Assembly: GCA_964016885.1 (NCBI GenBank)
Contig: OZ024741.1
Span: forward strand, 274,722,001 to 274,786,000
Length of the DNA stretch: 64,000 nucleotides
Direction of reading: 5' to 3'
Origin: Eledone cirrhosa
Taxonomy: Eukaryota
Within the stretch, counting starts at the first letter, position 1. Each line of letters opens with the position of its first letter. A program made the translations under genes and the position numbers. Positions 51,028 through 64,000 of this stretch are shown here, piece after piece. Below the pieces are notes generated by a model. The model ran no database searches. It saw nothing but the letters and a program-made list of their open reading frames with translations, and was not told the DNA's origin.

Positions 51028-51616
51028 CTTTAGAATATAAATTCAATATAGGGAGCGCATAGGACAATAGAAGAAAACAACAACGGAAAGCTTCTAGGGA
51101 AATTACACAAACATAGAATGTGCAAGGGCTTAGCCAAAGGAGTGTTTACTTCTCTACCCCTTACAACCGTCAGGTTTAGCCCTTCTGTTGTCAAACACGG
51201 GCATCCTTTTACCCCGAGGTTTCTTATAGCTCTGTTATGGTCAGAAACATACACTCTTACAGGTTATACAGACCAACATAAAACGTACACACCTCTACAT
51301 TTACCTTCACAGCTCTGTACACACTTACTCCATTATATACACATATTTTTGCTCACATGTTCGTATTCACAAGCACACACAAACACACACACGCGCGCGC
51401 GCGTATGCGCATGTGCACACGCTCGCTCCATCATCACCTGGAGAGACTCGCTCCATCATCACCTTTTCAAAAAAGTATATCATACCCGAAACGCCAGTAT
51501 CAACAGTTTTCCAGATGGCAACATCAATGGACCTGTTATTTTTCTCTAAACATTTTGTTTTTCCATTTCGGCCCAACACCCCAATCTTTCTATTTCTCCT
51601 TTATTTTCTCATTCTT

Positions 51617-51652
51617 TCTTCTGATGAAGGACTAGCGTCTGAAACGTTCAGA
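51617..51652 (+). ncRNA. Minimal hammerhead-like motif (weak stem I)
   Basis: CTGATGA-a ggac/gtct-GAAACGTT (palindromic AACGTT). Confidence 0.5.
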
Positions 51653-51734
51653 CTCTTCTCCTACTATATCAAGCGTAAAACTAATAATATATTTCTTCAT
51701 TGTACTGTATCGTTTCCTTTGCTATTTCTTTTTG

Positions 51735-51823
<89 letters not shown>

Positions 51824-51907
51824 CATATATATATATATATACAGACATACATACATGCGTACAGACACACATACATACATACATATATACATACATATAT
51901 ATATATA

Positions 51908-52090
51908 TGGTGGCTGCCAACTCGTTTTCGAGTACGGCCACTACTTTATATCCATGTAGGAGAACCCCTACTGATGCGCTGAACAAGTGACTTTTTAGTC
52001 CAGTCAACGAGTTGAAAACTCTAGTACAAACAGTACACTTGTGATAATTATTGATACATAGAGCTGGGCCCATGATACCATGTGACGACA
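51908..52090 (-). mobile_element. 3' fragment of the RTE-derived element
   Basis: Matches 32793-32978. Confidence 0.8.
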
Positions 52091-52322
52091 TACATACATA
52101 CATACATACATACATACATACATACATACATACATACATACATACATACATACATACATACATACATACATACATACATACACACATTTTCGAGCTTCTT
52201 TTTGAAAATATCGTAAGTAAATATTCAATTTAATGTTTCGTTGGTAGGATTAATTATTTACATAATTAAAGACATATTAGACAAATAATTACCGAATTAT
52301 GACTGATTCATAGAAATATCTT

Positions 52323-52364
<42 letters not shown>

Positions 52365-52418
52365 CGTGTGTGTGTGTGTATATTATATATATGTATATAT
52401 ATGTATATATATATTTTA

Positions 52419-52475
<57 letters not shown>

Positions 52476-52826
52476 TATACATATATATGTCTGTGTTTGT
52501 ACGTATGTACCAAGAAATACGGAGATATGTGTATATATGTATGTATTTATGTTTGTATGTATGGATGGGTGTGTATGTATGTATGTACGTACGTATGTAT
52601 GTATGTATGTATGTATGTATGTATGTATGTATGTATGTATGTATGTATGAAGGTATGCATCCAGAGCTTCAGATATTTCGTGGGAGTATTCAAGAATGTG
52701 CTGCGGTGTACATAAAATAGATGTGTTGTTGGTGTTGGGGAGGTTATACAGTATGTTGTAGAGTAGAGGCAACGAGTACGTGTGTTTCTGATTCTGTGTG
52801 CTATAACACACACACATACATACATT

Positions 52827-52863
<37 letters not shown>

Positions 52864-52867
<4 letters not shown>

Positions 52868-53172
52868 GATATTAATAAATGGAAACTATATTTATAAAAC
52901 CATATTTATTTCATTATACATATTTCAGGGATACCACATTAAATTATGGTATGCCTTCATCAGACAAAATACAATATATAACAGTTTTACAAATAGCTTT
53001 GACGTACCCTTTTAAAATACAACCATTACCTTTGGAGGCTATTTGTAAAACTGTTATATATTGTATTTTGTCTGATGAAGGCATACCATAATTTAATGTG
53101 GTATCTCTGAAATATGTATAATGAAATAAATATGGTTTTATAAATATAGTTTCCATTTATTAATATCGTATA
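52864..53172. mobile_element. ~135-bp-arm palindrome carrying two mirrored hammerheads (52907-52971 minus, 53064-53128 plus)
   Basis: tattttgt-CTGATGA-agg c atacca/tggtat c cct-GAAA-tatgt-ATA-atgaaata in each arm (one stem II substitution in the plus arm). Confidence 0.8.
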
Positions 53173-53256
53173 TCTACTCCAAAAACTTGTCGAGTGCTTT
53201 ATATCAGTTATAAAAATATTTACTTGTTGTATCCCAACAACTTTAAATAGAACTTT

Positions 53257-53326
<70 letters not shown>

Positions 53327-53503
53327 TGTATGTATAGTATATTTGGCAATATACCGTATGTTTAATTAAAAACATTTTGAAGACCTTGCGCTATCATTTT
53401 AAAGTAGTGACTATGTCACTTCTTTTTTCGGCAAAGGAAGGGAGAGAAGCTGACAGATTCTGTTTCACACTGTTGGTGTTCCTCAGAGCAATGTACTCCC
53501 CGA

Positions 53504-53725
53504 CCTCTGCCGAAAATTATAGAGGCTGGATTCTTATAGAATTCCAGTAATAATCATAACTGATTATACAGAGCGATTATACATACATTCATGTATACAT
53601 CGCTATTTCAGAGCACCAATCCTATTTTTTTTATTTTTGCTGGACAGGCAATTGCTCTGTATAATGAGTTCCTGATTATTACTGGAATTCTATAAGAATC
53701 CAGCCTCTATAATTTTCGGCAGAGG
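53504..53725. repeat. ~75-bp-arm inverted repeat (possible MITE)
   Basis: cctctgccgaaaattatagaggctggattc... / ...gaatccagcctctataattttcggcagagg. No clear TSD. Confidence 0.75.
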
Positions 53726-53855
53726 CGTACTCGCACTACCAACAACACAAACGAAGACGGGTGAGTTGCATTACGTCGAGTGCTCTCCATAATATGACAT
53801 CGAGGTTGACCATACGGAATGACAGTTCTATCCAGTGGTGAACTAACAAACCTAA

Positions 53856-53947
<92 letters not shown>

Positions 53948-53976
53948 GTATATATATATATGTATATATATATATA

Positions 53977-54978
53977 TAAGTATGTACACGTACATACATA
54001 TATGTATACAGACGTACAGTAGTATGTATATATATATATATATGCATACTTGCACACATATATATATATATGTACGTATGGATTCACCGAACAGTTATTA
54101 TAATGCTCGGTGTGTTTGTAAACAAACATCCCGTATTAAGCCGTAGTGTCTAGCAACCATCGTTGCTCGTTTGTTCAACACTGATAAAGGAACGCTGTAC
54201 TAGTTTCAAGCTTATTAGCTATCGTCAGCAACGTATACCTTCCTGCCAGATTGTTGAACGTATATACTTACCTTATGCATATTAACGGCTGAGTAGCCCA
54301 ATTTGCATATCGAGTGGGTTAATCGGCCGGGTGCACCGAAAACGATAAACGGAAAAAATGAAACGAAATTTCATTTCCCACACTTAGTACGGCTGTTACT
54401 TAAATATAAGTATATACACGTACATACATATATGTATACAGACGTACAGTAGTATGTATATATATATATATACATACATGCACACATATATATATGTACG
54501 TATGGATTCACCGAACATTTATTATAATGCTCGGTGTGTTTGTAAACAAACATCCCGTATTAAGCCGTAGTGTCTAGCAACCATCGTTGCTCGTTTGTTC
54601 AATTGGGCTACTCAGCCGTTAATATGCATAAGGTAAGTATATACGTTCAACAATCTGTCAGGAATGTATATGTTGCTGATGATAGCTAATAAGCTTGAAA
54701 CTAGTACAGCGTTCCATTGTCAGTGTTGAACAAACGAGCAGCGATAGTTGCTAGACACTACGGCTTAATACGGGATGTTTGTTTACAAACACTCCGAGCA
54801 TTATAATAAATGTTCGGTGAATCCATACGTGCATATATATATGTGTGCATGTATGTATATATATATACATACTACTGTACGTCTGTATACATATATGTAT
54901 GTACGTGTACATACTTATATTTAAGTAACAGCCGTACTAAGAGTGGGAAATGAAATTTCGTTTCATTTTTTTCCGTTT

Positions 54979-54980
<2 letters not shown>
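53977..54980. mobile_element. Tandem plus inverted copies of the 41.8-kb module family
   Basis: 53977-54175 is repeated at 54406-54600, and 54601-54980 is inverted. Confidence 0.75.
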
Positions 54981-55016
<36 letters not shown>

Positions 55017-56133
55017 TTGTATATATATATATATATATATAGTTGTTGTATGGTTACAATAAATGCGTCCGTATGTGGTATGCCGTTTGAGCACTCGATG
55101 CTCACGCGGAGCAGAGTATATATATTATAGATAACGAGGAATCAGTGATGCATCAAAACACAATTTATTAACATATTACATATGTTTCTCCGACGATCAG
55201 CTCAAGGCAGGATCTAATATAGATCGAACCTCACTCTGCACTCGCAAGGTCCTCAGATATGTTTATTGTTTTCAAAGCATTTCATCCGATTGAAAATATT
55301 CGATCCGTTTCATCCTCAACAATTGACATCATACTGTTGATACGGCCTTTTCATTGGTTTAGAATTTCAAAATACATATATATATATAGGAAAAGTTTCA
55401 GGACCCCGACGGCAGAGCTCAAGCCGTTTCGATGGCTATTTCTGGACTACTATATATATATATATATACACTCACGCACATATATATTTCAAGGTATTTT
55501 TTGTTTTGGATTCATGTGATAGAAGATATTAACTGGTTGTTTGTCTAATTTTAAAGTTGTATACTTTAAATTTATCTTCCGTTCTACTGTATGGTACTTA
55601 AAGTTCAATATATTGATAATATATCTGTAATATCCAATATTGACACCCTTTCATAATTTCTAACTATAATTTACACATCTTATTTATTATATTTTTTTTA
55701 TTTACTTCAATCAAGATTTTAACCCTTAATTTCTAATTTTCCTTCTTATTACCAATAAGTTTATATTCTCTTTGTAAGTTTATACCTAGAATAAGTTTAT
55801 ATTGTCTTCGCGGGATATGGTCAATTCTGTTGTCCAAGCATAATTTATAGTTTTGAAACCTATTGAAACTTATACTCCGCCACTACCACAGAGTTTTGGC
55901 CCTCTGCCACTTGAAGTGCGACTGGCAGTAAACTACAACTTAGTGGCTGGCACGAGCACTGTGACCATGTCACCTTACCGGCCTGGATGGGGGAGATTGA
56001 TTGGATTGCGGGGGGGGGGGGGGTATTGGCGCTCACAAGGGAACGGGCCAAGGCTTCAAGAGCATCATATTTGTCCGTTCCCTTGTCTCTCCAATTTGGA
56101 TTGCCTCGGGAACGTAACCTTATCATGTAAGAA

Positions 56134-56207
56134 GCTGTCTGATGAGAGCATGGCACTGGGTACGCGGATCGCGTGGCCGCTGTCGTCATTGAAATATGTA
56201 TCACAGC
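56134..56207 (+). ncRNA. Type I hammerhead ribozyme motif (same family as 29501-29572)
   Basis: gctgt-CTGATGA-stem II (atggca/tgtcgt plus tacgcg/cgcgtg)-GAAA-tatgt-ATC-acagc. Confidence 0.78.
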
Positions 56208-56345
56208 ATTATCAATAAGGGCGTGTAACATCTGGAACTCCTTCGCATTTTCTTATTCTAAATATACTCCATCGTTCATGCGGGGAAAAAGAACGTTGAG
56301 TGCTTGAATTGAATTGCATCAATATTTTCCGTAAGTATGTATGTT

Positions 56346-56387
<42 letters not shown>

Positions 56388-56759
56388 CTTTGCTGAGATC
56401 GCACGGAAAAACCTCGCCCGCAGTTATATGACCACAGGGCCTAAGTCCAATCGGTCTATTTTAATTTATTCTATTTTCTCCTCGGTTACTCACGTGCATG
56501 TACCATAATCGTGCCCCCCCCCCCCCCCCCCGCCATTCGGTTTGTTTACTTCGATTTTTCCTCTTTCCTTTTTTCTCTTTCTTCCTCTCTCTTCACTATA
56601 TTTTCTTTCCCTCATGATCTTTTGATTGATAAAAGGCATTGGGCGCGCTGCCGATCGATTTCGATGTCCTGTTTTAAACGCCGAAACATCTATGATCCGC
56701 AGTTAACAGCTGATGAAGGGCTCTTTTCTTCTCTTGTTTACGTCCCTATTACCATCTTA

Positions 56760-56806
<47 letters not shown>

Positions 56807-57026
56807 TATGTACACGTACATACATATATGTATACAGATGTACAGTAGTATGTATATATATATATATATACATACATGCACACATATACATATGTACGTA
56901 TGGATTCACCGAACATTTATTATAATGCTCGGTGTGTTTGTAAACAAACATCCCGTATTAAGCCGTAGTGTCCAGCAACCATCGTTGCTCGTTTCATTTT
57001 TTCCATTTATATATATATATATATAT

Positions 57027-57992
57027 CAGAACTTATGTTTACCGAATTCGCAGACCAGACCCCTTCTTCCTCCCGTTAGACCTGTGCGAAATTCCTTCCT
57101 TGCTCACATTTCAATCAGGTTTGATGGTCTTTATTCTCTCGTTCACGATTCCACCGAATTTATATTCATAGAAATCTGGGACTTGTTTCTTCTTCATCAC
57201 TTTCTGTTGCTTAAACCATTTTGTTTGTTTACCCTAGCGTTCCCCTTATTTACGTGTCCCAACGACTTTTTTTAGCCATTGCTCGCACCAACCTGAGGTA
57301 TATGGCCTTTAATGCGACGAAATGCCTACGACGGTTGGAAGGCCACTGATGAGGACAAACTTTTTCATATGTAACCCATTTGCAGCGCCGCAGCTCCATT
57401 ATTATCATATTTACGCATATATTTTTTCCTCCGCTGCCACCAGTCTCTTTCGTTCTTTGTGTCTTTACCCTTTCTAGCAGTCTCTCTCTCTCTCTGTTAG
57501 CCTCTTCCTCACCTTTCACTCACTCACTCTCTGTCACTACCTCTCCTCCTCCCCTTTCTTCCCGTTTGACCTGTCCGTAATCCTTTTCTCGCGGGCACTT
57601 GGCCAAGCCGGTATGAATTTTTTTTACTCTCTCTCTCGTCTGCGACTTCACAGAACTTATGTTTACCGAATTCGCAGACCAGACCCCTTCTTCCTCCCGT
57701 TAGACATGTGCGAAATTCCTTCCTTGCTCACATTTCAACCAGGTTTGATGGTCTTTATTCTCTCGTTCACGATTCCACCGAATTTATATTCATTGAAATC
57801 TGGGACTTGTTTCTTCTTCATCACTTTCTGTTGCTTAAACCATTTTGTTTGTTTACCCTAGCGTCCCTTTTATTTATGTGTCCCAACGACTTTTTTTAGC
57901 CGTTGCTCGCACCAACCTGAGGTATATGGCCTTTAATGCGACGAAATGCCTAGGACGGTTGGAAGCCACTGATGAGGACAAACGTTTTCATA
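57027..57992 (+). repeat. ~345-bp direct repeats (57027-57370 and 57650-57992), pLTR-like
   Basis: Near-identical copies. The 3' part is shared with the 9.7 and 32.2 kb family and includes CTGATGA. Confidence 0.85.
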
Positions 57993-58229
57993 TATATATA
58001 TATATATGATAAAGGGGGTGCAGTTGTTATAATGGATACTGAATACTACAAGGATTTGGTTGAGGAACAACTGAAAGACACAACATTCTATCACGAAATT
58101 ACGTGTCCCAACGACCTTTTTTAGCCGTTGCTCGCACCAACCTGAGGTATATGGCCTTTAATGCGACGAAATGCCTAGGACGGTTGGAAGCCACTGATGA
58201 GGACAAACTTTTTCATATATATATATATA

Positions 58230-60653
58230 TGATAAAGGGGGTGCAGTTGTTATAATGGATACTGAATACTACAAGGATTTGGTTGAGGAACAACTGAAAG
58301 ACACAACATTCTATCACGAAATACCGCCAAATATAGACCACAACATCATGAAGAAGATCAACAACCTGGCTTCAAAATACCACAACTCATTTACTGATAA
58401 GGAAAGAGACTACATCACCAATTTTGAGCCGAAACCCAGCAACCTGTATGGCCTACCGAAAGTTCACAAGTCAAAAGAAATACAACTGGCAGTAAGAGAA
58501 CAAAACAGTGAGTACATTAAATTATTACACCCAAAAGACTTAAAACTTAGACCTATTATAGCTGGTCCAACATGCCCCACTCACCGTCTAAGCAATTTTG
58601 TTGACATTATTTTGAAACCACTATGTATTCACATACCCAGTTTCATCCGGGATGATATCGACTTCCTGTCCCATCTTCCCAAAACCACGGAAACGAATTC
58701 ACTTCTACTCAGTTTTGATGTGGTAAGCCTTTACACCAACATTACACATGATTTAGGAATAAAGGCGGTTAAATACTGGGTGGAAAAACATAGAGAAGTG
58801 ATTTCCATTAGATTCACAGCGCCATTTATATTAGACGCAGTTAAACTTATTCTGGAAAACAACACTTTCTTCTTCAATGGAAAGAATTACATCCAAATTA
58901 GAGGCACAGCGATGGGAACGAAGTTTGCTCCCCTTTACGCGAACTCTGTAATGGGATACTTAGAACAACAACTCTACCAAGAAATAGAGGAAAAATATAG
59001 TACTGACTTTAGAAAATACATTGAAAAATCTTGGAAGAGATACTTTGACGACTGTTTCATCATCTGGACAGAATCTCTAGATACTCTGGATGAGTTCAAT
59101 ATCCTCCTGAATAACCTACACCCATCTCTCCAATTCACAAAAGAGATGAGTAGGACCAAATTACCATTCCTAGATATAATGATAATCAAAAACGACACCA
59201 CCATTACCACGGATATATATATTATAAACACACAGACACCCATCAATATCTGAATTTTAAGTCGTGCCATCCACCTCATACAAAACGCAACATCCCATAC
59301 TGCCTAGCCAGAAGAATTTGTACCATTGTAGAAGATACGAATACCAGGTACAAACGCCTAACAGCACTAAGAGAAATTTTGCTCAAACAAAAATACCCAT
59401 CTCTACTTATAGAAAATGGCATACAGCGGGCTATAAAAATACCTATACAACAACTTAGGACAACCCAAGGAAGAAGAAACCAAGAACTGGTCATACCATT
59501 TATAATGACACACAACCCATGTCACCAGAATATATTCAACACTGCCAAAGCAAACCTACCGATCATTGCTCAAAGTAATGAATTAAAAGGCTTAATCACA
59601 GATCGATCTTTGACTCTTAGTAAAAGACAGCCAAAAAAATTTGAAGCAATTGCTAACAAAAGCAAAGTTTGACCTTAACAACAAAGACCAATCATTCACT
59701 GTATCTAAATGCAATGATAATCGATGCGGCACATGTCAATCCATACACGCCGGTCAATATATGAAAACAAAAACTGGAAAAATATTCCCAAATGCAAATA
59801 TGAACTGCAAAAGCAGAAATCTAATTTACTGCATTAAATGCCCGAATTGTGAAGAACTATATGTCGGTCAAACTGTAAATGCACTATCGGAACGTGCACG
59901 GGTACACCGTCAACAAATCAGAGACCCAAATGTCCGTCAGATACCCCTAAGCGGCCACCTGGCAACATGTGGTCAGGGAATATTTATAATATTCCCATTC
60001 TACAAATTACACAGCCCAAGTGAAATCAAGAGAAAAATCAAAGAAAAGAATTTTATTGATAAATTCAAACCCAAGCTAAATGAACAATAATAACGCCTAG
60101 GGGTATTACTTCTACTACCACTATGACCACGACCACTAACAACAACAACAACAGCAATAATAATAATAATAAAAGTGATGTTGTTGGTGATGATTAATAG
60201 AAAATGCTATTTTCATCATTTCAAAAAGCAAAACAATTGATACGTTGGGTATGACTATTGGTCGTTAGCATGCTCAACCAGCCGTGACGCTTAAACCAAT
60301 CAGCTGTAGTAATTCAGTGAAACTACACACTGATTGGTCGAAATACAGTTTACAGGGCTTTGCATTCCGGAGCCACTTTTCTCTGTATAAAATGTATAAA
60401 AGTTAGTAAATTTACCCATCTCATTACAGTTGAAAATTGCAAACTCGACTATCACCACATATCATGAACCTGAAGATTGCGAAAGCATGAAAGTACTTGT
60501 TCAATTAACACTTAGAATTTAATATTCTATCATACTATTTCATTATAATACCATTATATATATTTTAAAGGATTGTAAATAAAACGAGTAAATCAGACAA
60601 AGTTGGAATTCCTCTTATTAATATAATCTTCTATACACAATCATACACACCCG
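58230..60653 (+). mobile_element. 5'-truncated Penelope-like element (Neptune-type): RT + Cys linker + GIY-YIG with CCHH, 3' pLTR
   Basis: DKGGAVV, LYGLPKVHK, RPII, FDVVSLYTNI, GTAMG...AP.YAN, RYFDD and LPFLD. KC....C..C linker, NLIY.IKCPNC...YVGQT, H...H and E..FI....PKLN. Frameshifts near 59222 and 59635. (TA)-rich flanks. Confidence 0.94.
60465..60503 (+). ncRNA. Minimal type I hammerhead in the Neptune pLTR
   Basis: tgaac-CTGAAGA-t tgc GAAA gca t-GAAAGTACTT-gttca, with palindromic AAGTACTT stem III. Confidence 0.88.
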
Positions 60654-60880
60654 TGTATATTTACCTATCTATATCTATATATATATATATATATATACAT
60701 GTATATATGTATATATGTATATATATGTATATATATATATATATATGTGTGTGTATATATATGTGTATATATATATATGTATATATATGTATATATATAT
60801 ATGTATGTATATGTATATATATATGTATGTATATGTATATATATATGTATGTATATGTATATATATATATGTATGTATAT

Positions 60881-61466
60881 GTAACATGTAACATGTATCC
60901 CAGTACAACCTGTCTCATGGTCGGGTCGTAGGCGACTAAACTGGCCACCCCACCAAGGTTTCTTGGTGAGGAGGGTCACTTTGGACATCCTGCAGGACTA
61001 AAAACATAACCTGTCAAAGGGCAAATGAGCTCTTAAGAGTCAATGGCCATCCAAAATCACCGAGAGAGATGACCCCTTAGCCTTTGTCAAGGCAGAATTC
61101 TAGGAGAAGGAAAACTCTGATATAACACCTGCAACCCTGATGGTATCCAATGATGTTGACTTGTTCTTCTTTTTGGTAAATATCATCTTGGTTAAGAGAG
61201 TGGGACTGGCTTTGTGCAGTGCCTTTGCTCACTGTAAAAGCTTCACGGCACAGGCATTGCTTTATAACTGGAGATCTCTCTGCACTTGTCGTCACATGGT
61301 ACCATGGGCCCAGCACTGTGTCAATAATTGTCACAAGTGTAGTGTTTGTACCAGAGTTTTCAAGTCGCTGGCTGGACTAAAAAGTCACACTCGTTCAGCG
61401 CATCGGTAGGGGTTCTCCTACATGGATATAAATTAGTGGCCGTACTCGAAAACGAGTTGGCAGCCA

Positions 61467-61470
<4 letters not shown>
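60881..61470 (+). mobile_element. Non-autonomous RTE-derived element
   Basis: Structured 5' part, C2H2 remnant HKCSVCTRVFKSLAGLKSHTRSAH, terminal hairpin ctcgaaaacgag and (TA)n tail. Confidence 0.7.
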
Positions 61471-61553
<83 letters not shown>

Positions 61554-62139
61554 TGTGTGACAGAAGGAACAAGGACAGTGGGTGTATATATTCTACACCC
61601 ACATAAATCCTGTGAATTAAATGAGAATTTAAGATTTCTACGAGATTGCTATCTAGGGTGGGATGAAATCTGGTGGGTAGGTATATAATATTGTTGATGT
61701 TTGAGGGTAGCGGTGGTGGTGGTGGTGGTGGCGGTGGTGGTGGTGGTGGTGGTGATAGTGGTGGTGATATACCACATACATACATACATACATACATACA
61801 TACATACATACATACATACATACATACATACATACATACATACATACACACCGATCCATACATACAAACATAAATGCATACATATATACACATATCTCCG
61901 TACTTCATACTACATATGTATATGTATGCATGTGTGTCTGTGTGTTAATCACTTACTATCTATACTCAGTAGTGTTACTACCGCCATAACAATGTACTGA
62001 CGACTACAACAGATGATCTACCAACCCTCACCCTACAATATCTCCTATTTTAAACCAGATATACACCGACATTCTCTCATTCCTTCACACCTCACATCAC
62101 ACAGTTCTTCCTTTCTTCCCCACCCCCTCCTTACACAGA

Positions 62140-62306
62140 CACCACCACCACCACCATCAGCACCATCACCACCAGCACTAGCACCACCACCACCACCATC
62201 ACCACCATCAGCACCATCACCACCAGCACTAGCACCACCACCACCACCACCACCACCACCACCACCACCACCACCACCACTACTACTACTACTACTATTA
62301 CTACTA

Positions 62307-62364
<58 letters not shown>

Positions 62365-62451
62365 AAACACCACCACCAACACCACTACTACTACTACTAC
62401 TGCTACTGCTACTGCTACTACTACCACTACTACTACTACCACCACCACCAA

Positions 62452-62496
<45 letters not shown>

Positions 62497-62538
62497 TACT
62501 ACTACCACTACTACTACTACCACCAACACCAACACCAA

Positions 62539-62596
<58 letters not shown>

Positions 62597-63880
62597 GCTG
62601 CTACTACTATCACTCTCCCATCATCTTATTGTCATCATCATCATCACTACCACTGTCATCATCATCATCATCACCATAAGCATCATCATCGTCATCCTTA
62701 TTAACCTCTTCATCTTTATCATCACGAAATCCCCATCACCACCATCATCATCATTATCGTCATCAACATCAGCACTGTCATCATCATCACCACCATCATC
62801 ATCATTATCGTCATCAACATCAGCACTGTCATCATCATCACCACCATCATCATCATTATCGTCATCAACATCAGCACTGTCATCATCATCATCATCATGC
62901 CGACATCTACCACCACATCTACCACCAATACCACCATCACCATCACCATCACCATCATCACCATCTTCGTCTTAATCATTACCATAATCTTCAACATCGT
63001 CCTCATCTTTATCATCATGACGACAACCACCAGCCCCACCACCACCATCATCACCAACGTCATCACCACCACCACTACCACCACCACCACCGCCACTACC
63101 ATCACCACTACCACTACTGCCACCACCAACACCATCACCATCATCACCACCATCACCACTACCGACACTACCACCACCACTACCACCACCACTACCACCA
63201 CCACTATCGCCATCACCCCCACCACCATCACCATCATCACCACCACCACCACTACCGACACTACCACCACCACTACCAACACCAACACCGCCACCAGCAC
63301 CACCACCACTACCAACATCACAACCTCACCACTACCAACACCACCATCACCAGCACCACCAACACTATCACCGCCACCACCACCACCACCACTACCAACA
63401 CCAGCACCACCACCACTACCCCCCCCCACATACACACCACCCCCACCACCATCACCATCACCACCACCACCACCACTACCAACACTACCACCACCACCAC
63501 CACCACCACTACCAACATCACCACCACCACTACCAACATCACAACCTCACCACTACCAACACCACCACCGCCACCACCACTACCAACACCACCACTACCA
63601 ACACCACCACTACCACCACCACTACCAACACCTCCACCACCACTACCAACACCTCCACTACTACCAACATCACAACTTCACCACTACCAACACCACCACC
63701 GCCACCACCACCACTACCATCAGCACCACCAATACCACCCCCACCCCCACCCCATCATGATCATCATCACCACCACCACGGCCACCATCACCACCAATTA
63801 CCACCAACCCCACCATCACCACCACTACCACCAACCCCACCATCACAATCATCGTCATCATCACGATCATCACCATAACA
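62140..63880. repeat. (CAC/CTA/CAT)n low-complexity tract including a 48-bp unit x3 (about 62735-62895)
   Basis: Directly visible. Confidence 0.93.
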
Positions 63881-64000
63881 GCTCTCTACTAGCATTTCAA
63901 CATACTCCATGTGATAATGCTATAAATTCTGCCAGCGTCGTCGCTGTGTTGGCCATCCATCTATCTAGCAATCAATCTAAGAAAAGATAACCCAGTGATG

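Noticed and set aside
62013-63760. Pro/Leu/Thr-rich ORFs
   Set aside because: Translation of (CAC/CTA/CAT)n repeats.

Overview
Repeat-saturated animal genomic DNA, most likely octopus/cephalopod (inferred from the SINE-like families and microsatellite load, not proven). No host protein-coding gene can be established, and almost all long ORFs in the track are translations of simple repeats. The real coding remnants all belong to retrotransposons. These are a near full-length Tx1/L1-type LINE (22.4-28.1 kb, minus), three 5'-truncated Penelope-like elements (PLEs; two Nematis-type, one Neptune-type), three head-to-tail R4/Dong-type REL LINE fragments, and RTE fragments and derivatives. Also present are tRNA-headed SINEs, hAT MITEs with 8-bp TSDs and a 4.7-kb (GGTGT/AGTGT)n satellite. 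The main hidden signal is non-coding. By eye I find about 14 type I hammerhead ribozyme (HHR) motifs from at least 9 sequence families, nearly all in short modules embedded in (TA)n tracts and often folded back into palindromes. Two families are directly tied to PLE 3' ends in this window. Unusual variants include a ~108-nt stem II and a recurrent CAGAAGA core. Different retroelement clades appear to occupy different microsatellites: PLEs in (TA)n, R4/Dong in (TACA)n and Tx1 in (TATC)n. All structures were paired manually and no database search was run.
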